This document shows positions 1 through 8,801 of a stretch of DNA of 64,000 nt, one piece after another (positions within the stretch are counted from its first letter, which is position 1; every line of letters starts with the position of its first letter). A program made the position numbers and the translations under genes. This DNA is from an uncultured Chloroflexia bacterium (GTDB lineage Bacteria; Chloroflexota; Limnocylindria; Limnocylindrales; CSP1-4), in assembly GCA_963831715.1 (NCBI GenBank), contig CAWHRB010000001.1, positions 15,287 through 79,286 on the forward strand. Reading direction: 5' to 3'. The notes under the pieces were generated by a model. That model saw only the letters and a list, made by a program, of their open reading frames with translations, was not told where the DNA came from and searched no databases.

Positions 1-59
1 GTGGTCACGCCGCTCGCGTACGTGGACTAGCCGGACCCGTTGATGGCTGAGGACTGGCG

Positions 60-722
60 ATGGATCGATCCGATCCGGCATATCGAGGGCAGGCCGACTA
101 CAGCCCGCTCTTGCTCAAGCTCTACGATCCGATCGTCATCGGTGTCGTCGCCGGGCTCGTCTGGAGATTCCCGGAGGATCGTCTGCCGGATGAGTACCGG
201 GCCCGGATCCGGGATCGCCACCTCGACGTCGGTCCCGGCACGGGGTACCTGATCGACCACTCGGGTATCCCAGACGGCAGCGACGTCACCATCGTCGACC
301 CGAACCCGAACGTTCTCCGGCACGCGACGAAGCGACTTCGCCGGCTGAACGTCACCGCCGTCGAGGCGGACGTCCTGAAGCCGCTCCCCGTAGAAGGCCC
401 CTTCGACTCGGCGGCCCTGTGCCTTGTCATCCACTGCCTGCCCGGACCGCTGTCGCGGAAGGCCACGGCGATCGACAATATCGCTGCGGTCCTCGCACCT
501 GACGGTGTGCTCTTCGGTGCGTCAGTGCTTGGGCGGTCCGGGCGGCACACATGGCTCGGTCGTCGCGTCCTCGCCGCGTTCAACCGGCGCGGCGCCTTCG
601 ACAACCTCGAAGACAGCGCGGAAGGCCTCCGGGAGATCCTCGCCGCTCGCTTCGAGCGAGTGGAGATGGAGACGTTCAGGTCGGTCGTGGTCTTCTCGGC
701 GTCGAAACCGCGGGCGGGCTGA
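60..722 (+). CDS. Class I SAM-dependent methyltransferase
   Basis: Motif I HLDVGPGTG, acidic residue after beta2 (IVDPN), FDSAALCLVIHCLPG, LAPDGVLFG. Confidence 0.85.
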   Translation: MDRSDPAYRGQADYSPLLLKLYDPIVIGVVAGLVWRFPEDRLPDEYRARIRDRHLDVGPGTGYLIDHSGIPDGSDVTIVDPNPNVLRHATKRLRRLNVTAVEADVLKPLPVEGPFDSAALCLVIHCLPGPLSRKATAIDNIAAVLAPDGVLFGASVLGRSGRHTWLGRRVLAAFNRRGAFDNLEDSAEGLREILAARFERVEMETFRSVVVFSASKPRAG

Positions 723-734
723 GGAGGGCGTGAG

Positions 735-1331
735 ATGACCGACCCGATCGCAGACATCATCGGAGACTACCGAGCGTTCGCGGCCCAACAGCGCGACCGG
801 TTGCTCGCGCGTGGCATCGACATCGCCCCGTACGCGCTCAGCCACCTCGCATACCGGGTGCCCGAGTGGGACCAGTACGTCCAGGTCCGTACGCTCCTCG
901 AACGCCACGCGACGGCGAATCGGGAGAACGTCTGGAACGGCCGCCCGATCTCCTTGATCGTTCCCGCCGAGCCGCTCGAAGTCCTGGACGGCCAGGTGGT
1001 CCCGCTCATCGAGCTCATCCCGCCCGTCCACCAGCGCGTCTACAAGATGGGGCTGGAGCACCTTGGCGTCGTGGTCGGGGACACGTTCGACACGTTCGTC
1101 GAAGCCCACAAGCCGGTCCTGACGGGCCAGCAGTTTCAGGGCCCGGACAGCACACCCGACCCGGTCTACATCCTGTTCGAGGACTTCACCCACGTGAAGT
1201 TCTATCGTCTGTCACTGCGGGCATCCGTCGAGCTCTTTAGTGACCGGTTCGAGGACGGCTTTCACCACGTCGACGACTGGGTTCCCCAGCGGCTGGTGAC
1301 GGCGACCGGACCGAATCCGCTGCCCCGGTGA
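735..1331 (+). CDS. VOC/glyoxalase-superfamily protein (YecM-like)
   Basis: RBS GAGGAGG; LSHLAYRV, ENVWNGRPI, LIELIPP, GLEHLGVV and VKF motifs resemble the YecM family. Confidence 0.7.
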   Translation: MTDPIADIIGDYRAFAAQQRDRLLARGIDIAPYALSHLAYRVPEWDQYVQVRTLLERHATANRENVWNGRPISLIVPAEPLEVLDGQVVPLIELIPPVHQRVYKMGLEHLGVVVGDTFDTFVEAHKPVLTGQQFQGPDSTPDPVYILFEDFTHVKFYRLSLRASVELFSDRFEDGFHHVDDWVPQRLVTATGPNPLPR

Positions 1332-1441
1332 AGGAGCCTCCCGCCAGTCAGGTTCCTGGTGCGCGGTGGCTGCGAGCCTTCATGTCCGATCCCCGAGTTG
1401 CGCAGGTGTCAGGCTCACGCTGACACTAGCTCTCTGCGAGG

Positions 1442-1675
1442 ATGGCGCTCACCATGACCGGAAGGCATTCGCGAGAGCTCGGCCCGAAGATCGCCGCCGA
1501 CTACCGGCTGCTCAACTACCTGCGGGGACGCTCGACGTCGTCGGTCGATGCGATCGAGCCTGGGAGCACGCGGATCGACGTCGAAGGTGGCGTCCTGGCC
1601 AGTCGATGCGAGGAGGACCACGACGAGGTCCTCGAGTGCTGGTATTTCTACCGACGCTCAGGGAAGCCAAACTAA
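1442..1675 (+). CDS. Hypothetical protein (77 aa)
   Basis: Fills the intergenic gap with plausible codon usage; no recognisable motif; start could be 1454. Confidence 0.35.
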   Translation: MALTMTGRHSRELGPKIAADYRLLNYLRGRSTSSVDAIEPGSTRIDVEGGVLASRCEEDHDEVLECWYFYRRSGKPN

Positions 1676-1703
1676 GCGTTCGTCGCGGGCGAGGCGGTCG
1701 GTC

Positions 1704-2699
1704 ATGATGCCAGCCATGGACGACGGCGGGCCGGAGGTCATCACCCTAGGCGAGTGCCTGGCCTCGCTCCTGGCGTCCACGCCCGGATCGCTGGCCGAGG
1801 CGACATCGTTCGAGCGGCACGTCGCTGGAGCGGAAGCGAACGTCGCGGTCGGGCTCGTACGGCTCGGACATACGGCGGGGTTCATCGGGCGCATCGGTGA
1901 CGACGGCTTCGGCACCGCGATCGTACGCAAGCTCCGCGGCGAGGGCGTCGATGTCGCCCATCTGGTCGTGGACCCGACTGCGACCGGGGTCATGTTCCGC
2001 GAGCGCCGGCTCCTCGGGGCGAGCACGGTCGTGTATCAGCGATCCGGGTCCGCCGGGTCTCGCCTGGCCGTCGATGACGTCGAGCGAGCGGCGAGCGCCG
2101 GGGTATTCGAGTCCGCCAGGTGGCTGCATCTCACGGGCATCACGCCAGCCCTGTCGGCCTCGGCTCGAGCCGCCACGATCCGGGCACGCGATCTGGCGCG
2201 GACGGCCGGCCTCACCATCAGCCTCGATATCAACCTGCGGCGCCGCCTGTGGTCGGACGAGGAGGCCGCGCCGGTGCTACGCGAGCTGGCTGCCGGCGTG
2301 GACGTCGTCCTCGGCAGCGACGACGAGCTCGCGCTGCTGGCAGGTCTGGAGCCAGATGCGGTCCCTGAGGATCTGGTCGCGACGGTCACCCGACTGGGAC
2401 CGTCGACGGCTGTGGCCAAGCTCGGAGCCGACGGGGCGCTCGCGCTCGAGGCCGGCGCGACGCCGATCCACGAGGCGGCGATCACGGTCCGGACGGTCGT
2501 CGACCCAGTCGGTGCCGGTGATGCCTTCTGTGCCGGCTTCATCGCCGGGCGACTCGATGGCACCGATCTGGCCACGGCTCTCCAGATGGGCAATGGCTGC
2601 GGAGCGCTCGCCGTCGCCGCCAGCGGCGATCAGGCCGGCTTGCCCGACCGCGAAGAGCTGGCGCGGCTTCTCGGCGGAGGACCGGACACGCTGCGTTGA
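1704..2699 (+). CDS. PfkB-family sugar kinase (2-dehydro-3-deoxygluconokinase-like)
   Basis: VITLGE, AGAEANVAVGLVRLG, GDDGFG, DINLR and PfkB signature DPVGAGDAF; start 1704 or 1716. Confidence 0.9.
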   Translation: MMPAMDDGGPEVITLGECLASLLASTPGSLAEATSFERHVAGAEANVAVGLVRLGHTAGFIGRIGDDGFGTAIVRKLRGEGVDVAHLVVDPTATGVMFRERRLLGASTVVYQRSGSAGSRLAVDDVERAASAGVFESARWLHLTGITPALSASARAATIRARDLARTAGLTISLDINLRRRLWSDEEAAPVLRELAAGVDVVLGSDDELALLAGLEPDAVPEDLVATVTRLGPSTAVAKLGADGALALEAGATPIHEAAITVRTVVDPVGAGDAFCAGFIAGRLDGTDLATALQMGNGCGALAVAASGDQAGLPDREELARLLGGGPDTLR

Positions 2700-3685
2700 A
2701 CCGCGGCGTCCCAGGCGCCGATCGCGTCGCGGACGGCCGACGAGACCGACCCCGGCGCTGTCGAGCCCGACAGTCGGTCGAGTCCGATCAAGGCCGACCC
2801 TGCGACAGGCGGCGCTGCCAGGCCCGTCACGCTGGCGGCCGGCGCGATCGCCGCGATCCCGGCCGCGATGCGTTCCCGGAAGCCGGCGTCGCGCGTCCGG
2901 AACACGCCGCCCGCGAGCACGACATCTGGGTCCCGGCGGGTCAGATGGAGTCGCCGGATCATCGCCCCGGCCATCACGACGATCTCGTCGGCGAGGCGGT
3001 CGACGATGCGGCGGGCGGCGGCATCTCCGGCCGTGGCCGCCGCGAACACGACGGGTGACAGCTCGCCGATGCGTGCCTCGGCGATGCGGCCCGTGTACAT
3101 CGCCGAGGTGACCGCTGCCGGTGAGGACAGGCCGAATCGGGCCGGGACGTCCCGCTCCAGGCGGGTCCGCTGCCCGCGGCCGTCACGCGCCCGGACGGCC
3201 GCCGCCAGACCCGCCCAGCCCACGTCGGTCCCGCCGCCCCAGTCGCCCGAGATGGCGCCCAGCGCGTCGAGCCGGATACTCCGCCCGTCCGGTGCGACGC
3301 CGGCGGCATTGACGCCCTGGCCACAGATGATCACGACGCCCCACGAGCGGTCCGTCCCGGCGCGTAGCGCTCCGAACGCGTCGTTGAGGACCACGTGCTC
3401 GTCGGCGAAACCGCGATCGTCGAGGGCGCCGGACAAGGCCTCGACGTCGGTGCGCGTGTCGGCGCCGGCGAGCGTGTAGACCGCGACGTGGGGCCGCGAG
3501 TCCAGCCGGGCTCCGGCGAACGCCTCTGCCACGAGCCCAGCCATCCGCTCCATGCCCGCTGCCAACCCGACCGCCTGGTGCGAGCTCGTCGGTCCGCGCA
3601 CGGCCGCCAGCAGGCGCCCGTCCTCGTCGACGATCGCCACATCCGTCTTCGAGTTCCCGCCGTCGACGGCGAGGGCCGTTCTCAC
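2630..3685 (-). CDS. BadF/BadG/BcrA/BcrD-type N-acetylglucosamine/sugar kinase
   Basis: LAVDGGNSKTD, VLNDA, ICGQGVN, GDWGGG, VVLAGGVF; GTG start overlaps the deacetylase stop. Confidence 0.85.
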   Translation of the reverse strand: MRTALAVDGGNSKTDVAIVDEDGRLLAAVRGPTSSHQAVGLAAGMERMAGLVAEAFAGARLDSRPHVAVYTLAGADTRTDVEALSGALDDRGFADEHVVLNDAFGALRAGTDRSWGVVIICGQGVNAAGVAPDGRSIRLDALGAISGDWGGGTDVGWAGLAAAVRARDGRGQRTRLERDVPARFGLSSPAAVTSAMYTGRIAEARIGELSPVVFAAATAGDAAARRIVDRLADEIVVMAGAMIRRLHLTRRDPDVVLAGGVFRTRDAGFRERIAAGIAAIAPAASVTGLAAPPVAGSALIGLDRLSGSTAPGSVSSAVRDAIGAWDAAVQRSVSGPPPRSRASSSRSGKPA

Positions 3686-4278
3686 TCCAGCGCGTCCAGC
3701 CGTACGAAGCTGGCGCCGGCATCTCGCAGGCCGCTGATGAGGGGTGCGAGGCCGAGGCCCGTGGCCATGGTCCACGGGTGGAGCAGCAGGATCGCGCCGT
3801 CGCCACGAGCGACCGCATCGCGCGTCATCTGGCGGGCCATACCAAGCCCGCGCATGCTCGGGCGCCAGTCGGCGCCGTCGACGTCCCAGTGGATCTCGCG
3901 GTAGCCCAGCCGCTCGATGCCGGCCCGTACCCGCGCGTCGTCGGTGCCCGCGCCGAACGGGCAGCGGAACCAGGGCTTGGGGTCGACGCCGGTGGCCGCG
4001 ACGATCGCCCGTTCCGCTGCGCGGATGTCGGTTGCCAGACCTGACGATGACAAGAGCGGCATCCGCGCATGGTAGAAGGAGTGGTTGCCGATGAGATGGC
4101 CTCGCTCCGCGACCGAGCGCGCCAGGTCCGGATTGGCCTCAGCCCAGCGACCCTGGATGAAGAAGGTCGTCTTGACGCGCCGGGCCTCGAGCAGGTCCAG
4201 CACACCCTCGGTCCCGCCGATGTGGTGCGGGCGGTCGGGATGCTCCGCGTCGAAGGTCAGTGCGACCCGGAACGTCAT
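3682..4278 (-). CDS. Polysaccharide deacetylase (CE4/NodB)
   Basis: ALTFD, TFF, GNHSFYH, FRCPFG, WDVD..DW and ILLLH motifs. Confidence 0.9.
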   Translation of the reverse strand: MTFRVALTFDAEHPDRPHHIGGTEGVLDLLEARRVKTTFFIQGRWAEANPDLARSVAERGHLIGNHSFYHARMPLLSSSGLATDIRAAERAIVAATGVDPKPWFRCPFGAGTDDARVRAGIERLGYREIHWDVDGADWRPSMRGLGMARQMTRDAVARGDGAILLLHPWTMATGLGLAPLISGLRDAGASFVRLDALE

Positions 4279-4320
4279 GGCCGCTTGGATGGCCGCTTGG
4301 CTCGAGCCGTCACCCGGGTG

Positions 4321-5424
4321 TCACTTCTCGACGCCGGTTATGACGATGCCCCGGGTGAAGAACCGCTGCGTCAGCAGGAAGGCGACGACCGGGATGACGA
4401 GCGTCATCAGCGTGCCCGCCTGGATCAGCCCCGGCTCGCGGTAGTAGATCCCGTTGAACCGCTGCAGGCCAAGCGCGACGGTCTGGAGGTCGACCCGCCC
4501 GGCCGTGTACAGCAGCGGCCCGAAGAAGTCGTTCCATGAGTAGACGAGGTGGAAGACCGCGACGGCCACCACGACCGGCCAGGCCTGCGGCAGGACGACC
4601 GAGATCAGCGTCCGGAACGGACCGGCGCCGTCGATGGCGGCCGCTTCGTCCATGTCGGTGGGGATCGTCATGAAGTACTGGCGCATCAGGAACACGTCGT
4701 AGGCGTTCGCGAAGAACGCCGGTACGAGCAACGGCAGCCAGGTGCCGACCCAGCCGATCTTCTGGAACACCGTGTAGGTCGGGATGATCGTCACGGCCGC
4801 CGGCAGGAAGATCGTCGCGATCAGGAGCGTGAAGAGCAGTCCCCTGCCGGGGAACCGGAACCGGGCGAATCCGTATGCAACGAGCGTGCATGAGATGAGC
4901 GTGCCGATGGTCGACACGACCGCGATGAAGATCGTGTTGAACAGCAGCCGGGGGTAGTCGATCAGGTCCCAGACCTCGGCGAAGTTCTCCCAGTGCGGCG
5001 CGAACTGCCACGCGGGCTCGAGCGTCCGCCACGACCCCACCCACTCGATGGGCGGTGCCGTCGGGGCCACCGGGTCGATGAACGTGCTGCGCCTACGCGC
5101 CGGCTCGAACAGGGCGAGCTGACGCGTCGTGCCGTCGGGCAAGGGGACGTTGAGGATGGGCAGCTGTTCGCCCTGGTATTCGAACGTCACCGGGTCGGCC
5201 GGATAGAGCGGCGAATGCGCCTGCGTGATCTGGTCGAGGCTTTTGAGCGAGTACGAGATCGACCGGAGCATCGGCGACAGGAAGGCGGCGACTGCGAGGA
5301 CCGCGATGAGCGTCAGCAGGAACGATTTGGAGCCATCGCCACGCTCGCGCGGCGGCCGGCTACCGGCGGCCGTCCTGCCCCGCCGTCCGATGAGGCCGCG
5401 ACCCGCCACCGAGAAGGCCGTCAT
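4321..5424 (-). CDS. Carbohydrate ABC transporter permease (MalG-like)
   Basis: EAA loop DEAAAIDGAG, AYGFARFRFPG, SWNDFFGPL; multiple TM helices. Confidence 0.93.
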   Translation of the reverse strand: MTAFSVAGRGLIGRRGRTAAGSRPPRERGDGSKSFLLTLIAVLAVAAFLSPMLRSISYSLKSLDQITQAHSPLYPADPVTFEYQGEQLPILNVPLPDGTTRQLALFEPARRRSTFIDPVAPTAPPIEWVGSWRTLEPAWQFAPHWENFAEVWDLIDYPRLLFNTIFIAVVSTIGTLISCTLVAYGFARFRFPGRGLLFTLLIATIFLPAAVTIIPTYTVFQKIGWVGTWLPLLVPAFFANAYDVFLMRQYFMTIPTDMDEAAAIDGAGPFRTLISVVLPQAWPVVVAVAVFHLVYSWNDFFGPLLYTAGRVDLQTVALGLQRFNGIYYREPGLIQAGTLMTLVIPVVAFLLTQRFFTRGIVITGVEK

Positions 5425-6368
5425 CGCGCCTCACCCGCGTAGTAGACCCATCGCCGGGCGGTCCCGAACAACAGCAACGTGATCGCGAGCGTGATCAGGA
5501 AGAGGAGCCACGCCAGCGTGGCGCCGTACGACATGTTCTGGAACGTGAAGAAGTTCTTGTAGAGGTAGAGGTTATAGAACATCGTCGAGCCGCCCGGTTC
5601 GCCGGTGCCCTCCTGCAGGACGAGCGGCACGAGGAAGTACTGGAGCACCTCCACGACCGAGAGCACGATCGTGTAGAAGATGACCGGGGTGAGCATCGGC
5701 ACCGTGATATGGCGCAGCGACTGCCAGGCGCCGGCCCCGTCGATCCGGGCCGCCTCGTACAGGTCCGTCGGGATCCCCTTGAGCGCGGCCAGGTAGACGA
5801 TCATCCCCGCGCCGATGCCCCAGACGCCGATGAGCGCCAGGCCCGGGTAGACCCAGGACGGATCCTCGAGCCAGCCGGGCGGGTTCTCCACGCCGACGGC
5901 CTCCAGCGCGGCGTTGATCCAGCCCGTCTCCGGATTGAGCATCCCGCCCCAGATGAACACCGTCGCAACGAACGGCACCACGAAGGGCAGGAAGAACAGG
6001 ATCCGGAAGGCGCCCGATCCGACGAGATGCCGCGAATGCAGCAACAGCGCGACCAGCAGAGGCAGGATCACGGCGAGCGGTAGTGCGATCGCCGCGAACT
6101 TGAACGTGATGCCCAGGGAGGTCCACGTCTGCTGGTCGCGCAGCAGCGTCTCATAGTTCTTGAGCCCCACGAACTGCAGTGGCTCGGACTGGGTGAGATT
6201 GATATTGGTGAACGAGAAGACCAGCGTCGCGATCATCGGGAAGGCTGTGAACAGGACGAACCCGATGAGCCACGGCGCTATGAAGACGTACCCCCAGCGC
6301 GCGCGCCGCCAGCCCAGACCGGAGAAGCGAGTCAGGCTGCGCGGGCGCGCGACGCTGGGGGCGACCAT
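5421..6368 (-). CDS. Carbohydrate ABC transporter permease (MalF-like)
   Basis: FVGLKNY, YEAARIDGAG, ITVPMLTP; 4-bp overlap with the downstream permease. Confidence 0.93.
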   Translation of the reverse strand: MVAPSVARPRSLTRFSGLGWRRARWGYVFIAPWLIGFVLFTAFPMIATLVFSFTNINLTQSEPLQFVGLKNYETLLRDQQTWTSLGITFKFAAIALPLAVILPLLVALLLHSRHLVGSGAFRILFFLPFVVPFVATVFIWGGMLNPETGWINAALEAVGVENPPGWLEDPSWVYPGLALIGVWGIGAGMIVYLAALKGIPTDLYEAARIDGAGAWQSLRHITVPMLTPVIFYTIVLSVVEVLQYFLVPLVLQEGTGEPGGSTMFYNLYLYKNFFTFQNMSYGATLAWLLFLITLAITLLLFGTARRWVYYAGEAR

Positions 6369-6371
6369 CGA

Positions 6372-7859
6372 TCAGCTGCCGCCTGCGTCCCAGGCGGCCT
6401 GCATCTCCTTACGCAACGCTTCGATCTCGGCCGTCAGGTCGAGGCCGGGGGTGGTCTCCCACTTCGTGCCGTAGGTGTTGATCAGGTCGAGCGTCTTGTT
6501 GTACGCGGGCATGTAGGACTCGAAGTTCGGGACGTCGGCGAATGCCACGCCCTCCTTCGGGACCGTCGTGTCGATGCCCTGCGTGTAGTCCTTGAACTGG
6601 GCCTCCAGGAACGCATCCTGCTTGGACTCGACGGCCGGCATGCCGCCGTACAGCGACAGCAGCTCCTCGTTGGCCAGCAGGTACTGGAGCACCTCGAACG
6701 CCTGATCCGGATTCTTGGTGGTCTTCATGATCCGCCACGTATCGGCGTTGAACGCCGCCGTGGTCTTGCCCTCGAAGGCGGGTGTGGCCGCCATGTTCCA
6801 GTCGTCGCCCGCGTCGGAGACGCAGTAGGTCGACCACAGGTAGTTCGTGCTCATCGCCACCTTGCCGGCGCAGAACGGATAGCCCGCCGGGTTGAGGTCG
6901 GTGGTCTGGAACTGCGGACCGGTCATGCTGAAATGGTCGGTCCAGATGCCGTCATAGAAGTGCTTCCACGCCGCAGCCCACGGCTCGGGGATCTGGGCAG
7001 TCTTGCCGTCCGCGGCCATGAACCCGCCGGCCCCGAAGTAGGCGCCCGTCTGACGGAGGTCGTCCCGCTGCGGCTCGAAGCCCCACTGGACGATCTTCTC
7101 AGGATCGAAGTCGGCTTCAGAAGCGTCCGCGCCGTTCTCGTCGACCGTCAGGATCTTGGCGATCTCGCGGATCGTGTCGTAGTCCCACGGCCGCTTCGAG
7201 CCGTCGGGCATCGTGTACTCGGCGTTCCAGGCGTGCGGCGGCTCCTCGAGACCCGCCTCCTTGAACATGTCGGCCTTGTAGAACAGGACCGATGGGTAGA
7301 TCGCATACGGGATACCGACCTGGCCTTCGCCGCCGGCGTTGTAGAGCTCGACGGTCGCCTCGGGGAACTGCGACATGTCGAAGCCGGCCTTGTCGATGTA
7401 CGGCTGGAGGTCGAGCCACTGGCCGTGGAAGGCCTCCGCGCCACCGATCCCCACCGGGCCGACGATGTCGGGCCCGTTGCCGGCTCCGAGCTGGACCGCG
7501 AGCGCGTCACGCGCGGCCGCGTAGACGAATCCCTCGAACTGGAGATGGATGCCCGGGTGGGAGGCGTTGAAGTCCTCGGCCACCTTGCGCTCCACCTCGA
7601 CCTGTTCCGGCGCGTCACCGGTGCCCAGGCAGCAGTACCAGCGGATGACCACGTCACCCGGCTTGGCCTGCGAGTCCGTGTTGGGCAGCGGCGTCGGCGG
7701 CGGCGGGCTGGCCGACCCGGACGCATCGGCGGACGCGTCGGCTGATGCCACGGCCGTCGAGCCGGACGGCGCTGCGCTGGACGTCGATTGCCCGCATGCC
7801 GCGAACAGGAGCGCCAACACCGATAGCAGGACGGCGAGCCGTCCCAGATCCACTCTCAT
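6372..7859 (-). CDS. Sugar ABC transporter substrate-binding lipoprotein
   Basis: RBS GGAGGA; lipobox LFAAC, S/A/P linker, GNGPDIV, GIPY..PSVLFY, GKVAM. Confidence 0.9.
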   Translation of the reverse strand: MRVDLGRLAVLLSVLALLFAACGQSTSSAAPSGSTAVASADASADASGSASPPPPTPLPNTDSQAKPGDVVIRWYCCLGTGDAPEQVEVERKVAEDFNASHPGIHLQFEGFVYAAARDALAVQLGAGNGPDIVGPVGIGGAEAFHGQWLDLQPYIDKAGFDMSQFPEATVELYNAGGEGQVGIPYAIYPSVLFYKADMFKEAGLEEPPHAWNAEYTMPDGSKRPWDYDTIREIAKILTVDENGADASEADFDPEKIVQWGFEPQRDDLRQTGAYFGAGGFMAADGKTAQIPEPWAAAWKHFYDGIWTDHFSMTGPQFQTTDLNPAGYPFCAGKVAMSTNYLWSTYCVSDAGDDWNMAATPAFEGKTTAAFNADTWRIMKTTKNPDQAFEVLQYLLANEELLSLYGGMPAVESKQDAFLEAQFKDYTQGIDTTVPKEGVAFADVPNFESYMPAYNKTLDLINTYGTKWETTPGLDLTAEIEALRKEMQAAWDAGGS

Positions 7860-7899
7860 GATGCGTTCCTCCGAATGCGATGGCCGATGGATCTCGTCG

Positions 7900-8694
7900 T
7901 CATCCGCTTGCTCCTCCGATGCGTGCCGTGGCTTCGACCGCGGCCGGCCGGATGGCCCGGTCGACCTCACGTTCGACGTAGTACCTGGAGCGATCGCCGC
8001 GGACGAAGGTCCGGCCGAACTCGACCGGATCGCCATCGGCGTCGAACGCGATGCCTTCGATGAGCAGCGCCGGCGAACCCGGCCGCTGATCCAGGAGGCG
8101 AGATTCTCGAGCCCGGAGGAGGACGGGCTCGAGAGCCTCGCGGGCGCGTACGACCTGGGTCGAATAGCGCGTGGACAGGAGTTCATAGAGGGAGCCGTGC
8201 TCGAGGTCGCTCGCGAGGAGGCCGGGGAAGCGCTCGCCCGGGAGATGGACCTGCTCGAGCAGGTAGGGCTCGCCGCTGGCCAGGCGGAGACGCTCGAGGT
8301 ACACGATCGGCGAACCGGTCTCGAGGGCGAGCGCATTGGCCACCGTCACCGAGGCCGATTCGGGTCGAGCGGAGATCAGCCGCGTCTCGGGATCCAGACC
8401 GCGCTGGCGCATCTCCTCGGAGAAACTGGCACGACCCGCGATGTCGCGATCCATCCGTGGATGGAGGACGAACGTGCCGCGTCCGCGAGTCCGTTCGATG
8501 CGGCCTTCGCGCACGAGCTCATCGAGCGCGCGCCTGACCGTGATCAGGCTGCAGCCGTAGTGCTGGGCGAGCTCGCGTTCCGTCGGCACCTGATGGCCGG
8601 GCGCCCACAGCCCCGAATCGAGCGAGGTGCGCAGGTCGAGATAGACCTGATGGTGCATCGGGACGGGGCCGAGTTCGAGCCGGAACCGAGCCAA
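7900..8694 (-). CDS. GntR-family regulator with UTRA domain (HutC/NagR/DasR-like)
   Basis: PTERELAQHYGCSLITVRRALDEL, RGRGTFV, then a UTRA-like SFSEEM...SLYELL...RGDR. Confidence 0.92.
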   Translation of the reverse strand: MARFRLELGPVPMHHQVYLDLRTSLDSGLWAPGHQVPTERELAQHYGCSLITVRRALDELVREGRIERTRGRGTFVLHPRMDRDIAGRASFSEEMRQRGLDPETRLISARPESASVTVANALALETGSPIVYLERLRLASGEPYLLEQVHLPGERFPGLLASDLEHGSLYELLSTRYSTQVVRAREALEPVLLRARESRLLDQRPGSPALLIEGIAFDADGDPVEFGRTFVRGDRSRYYVEREVDRAIRPAAVEATARIGGASG

Positions 8695-8755
8695 CGGCAG
8701 CGCTCCTCCTCCTGGATCCGACCGTCCGTCTGATGGGTATTGCGCGAGGTCCGAA

Positions 8756-8775
8756 TGCTGATAACGTTATAAGCA
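8756..8775. promoter_or_regulatory. Palindromic operator (probable GntR site) in a divergent promoter
   Basis: TGCTGATAACGTTATAAGCA, a 20-bp AT-rich palindrome with one mismatch; overlaps an extended -10 TGnTAACGT (+), with TTGACA (-) at 8780-8785. Confidence 0.7.
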
Positions 8776-8801
8776 ATCGTGTCAAGACCCCGGGAGGTGG
8801 G

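Noticed and set aside
4277-4300. 12-bp tandem duplication ATGGCCGCTTGG x2
   Set aside because: A short local slippage duplication in an intergenic spacer with no evidence of function.
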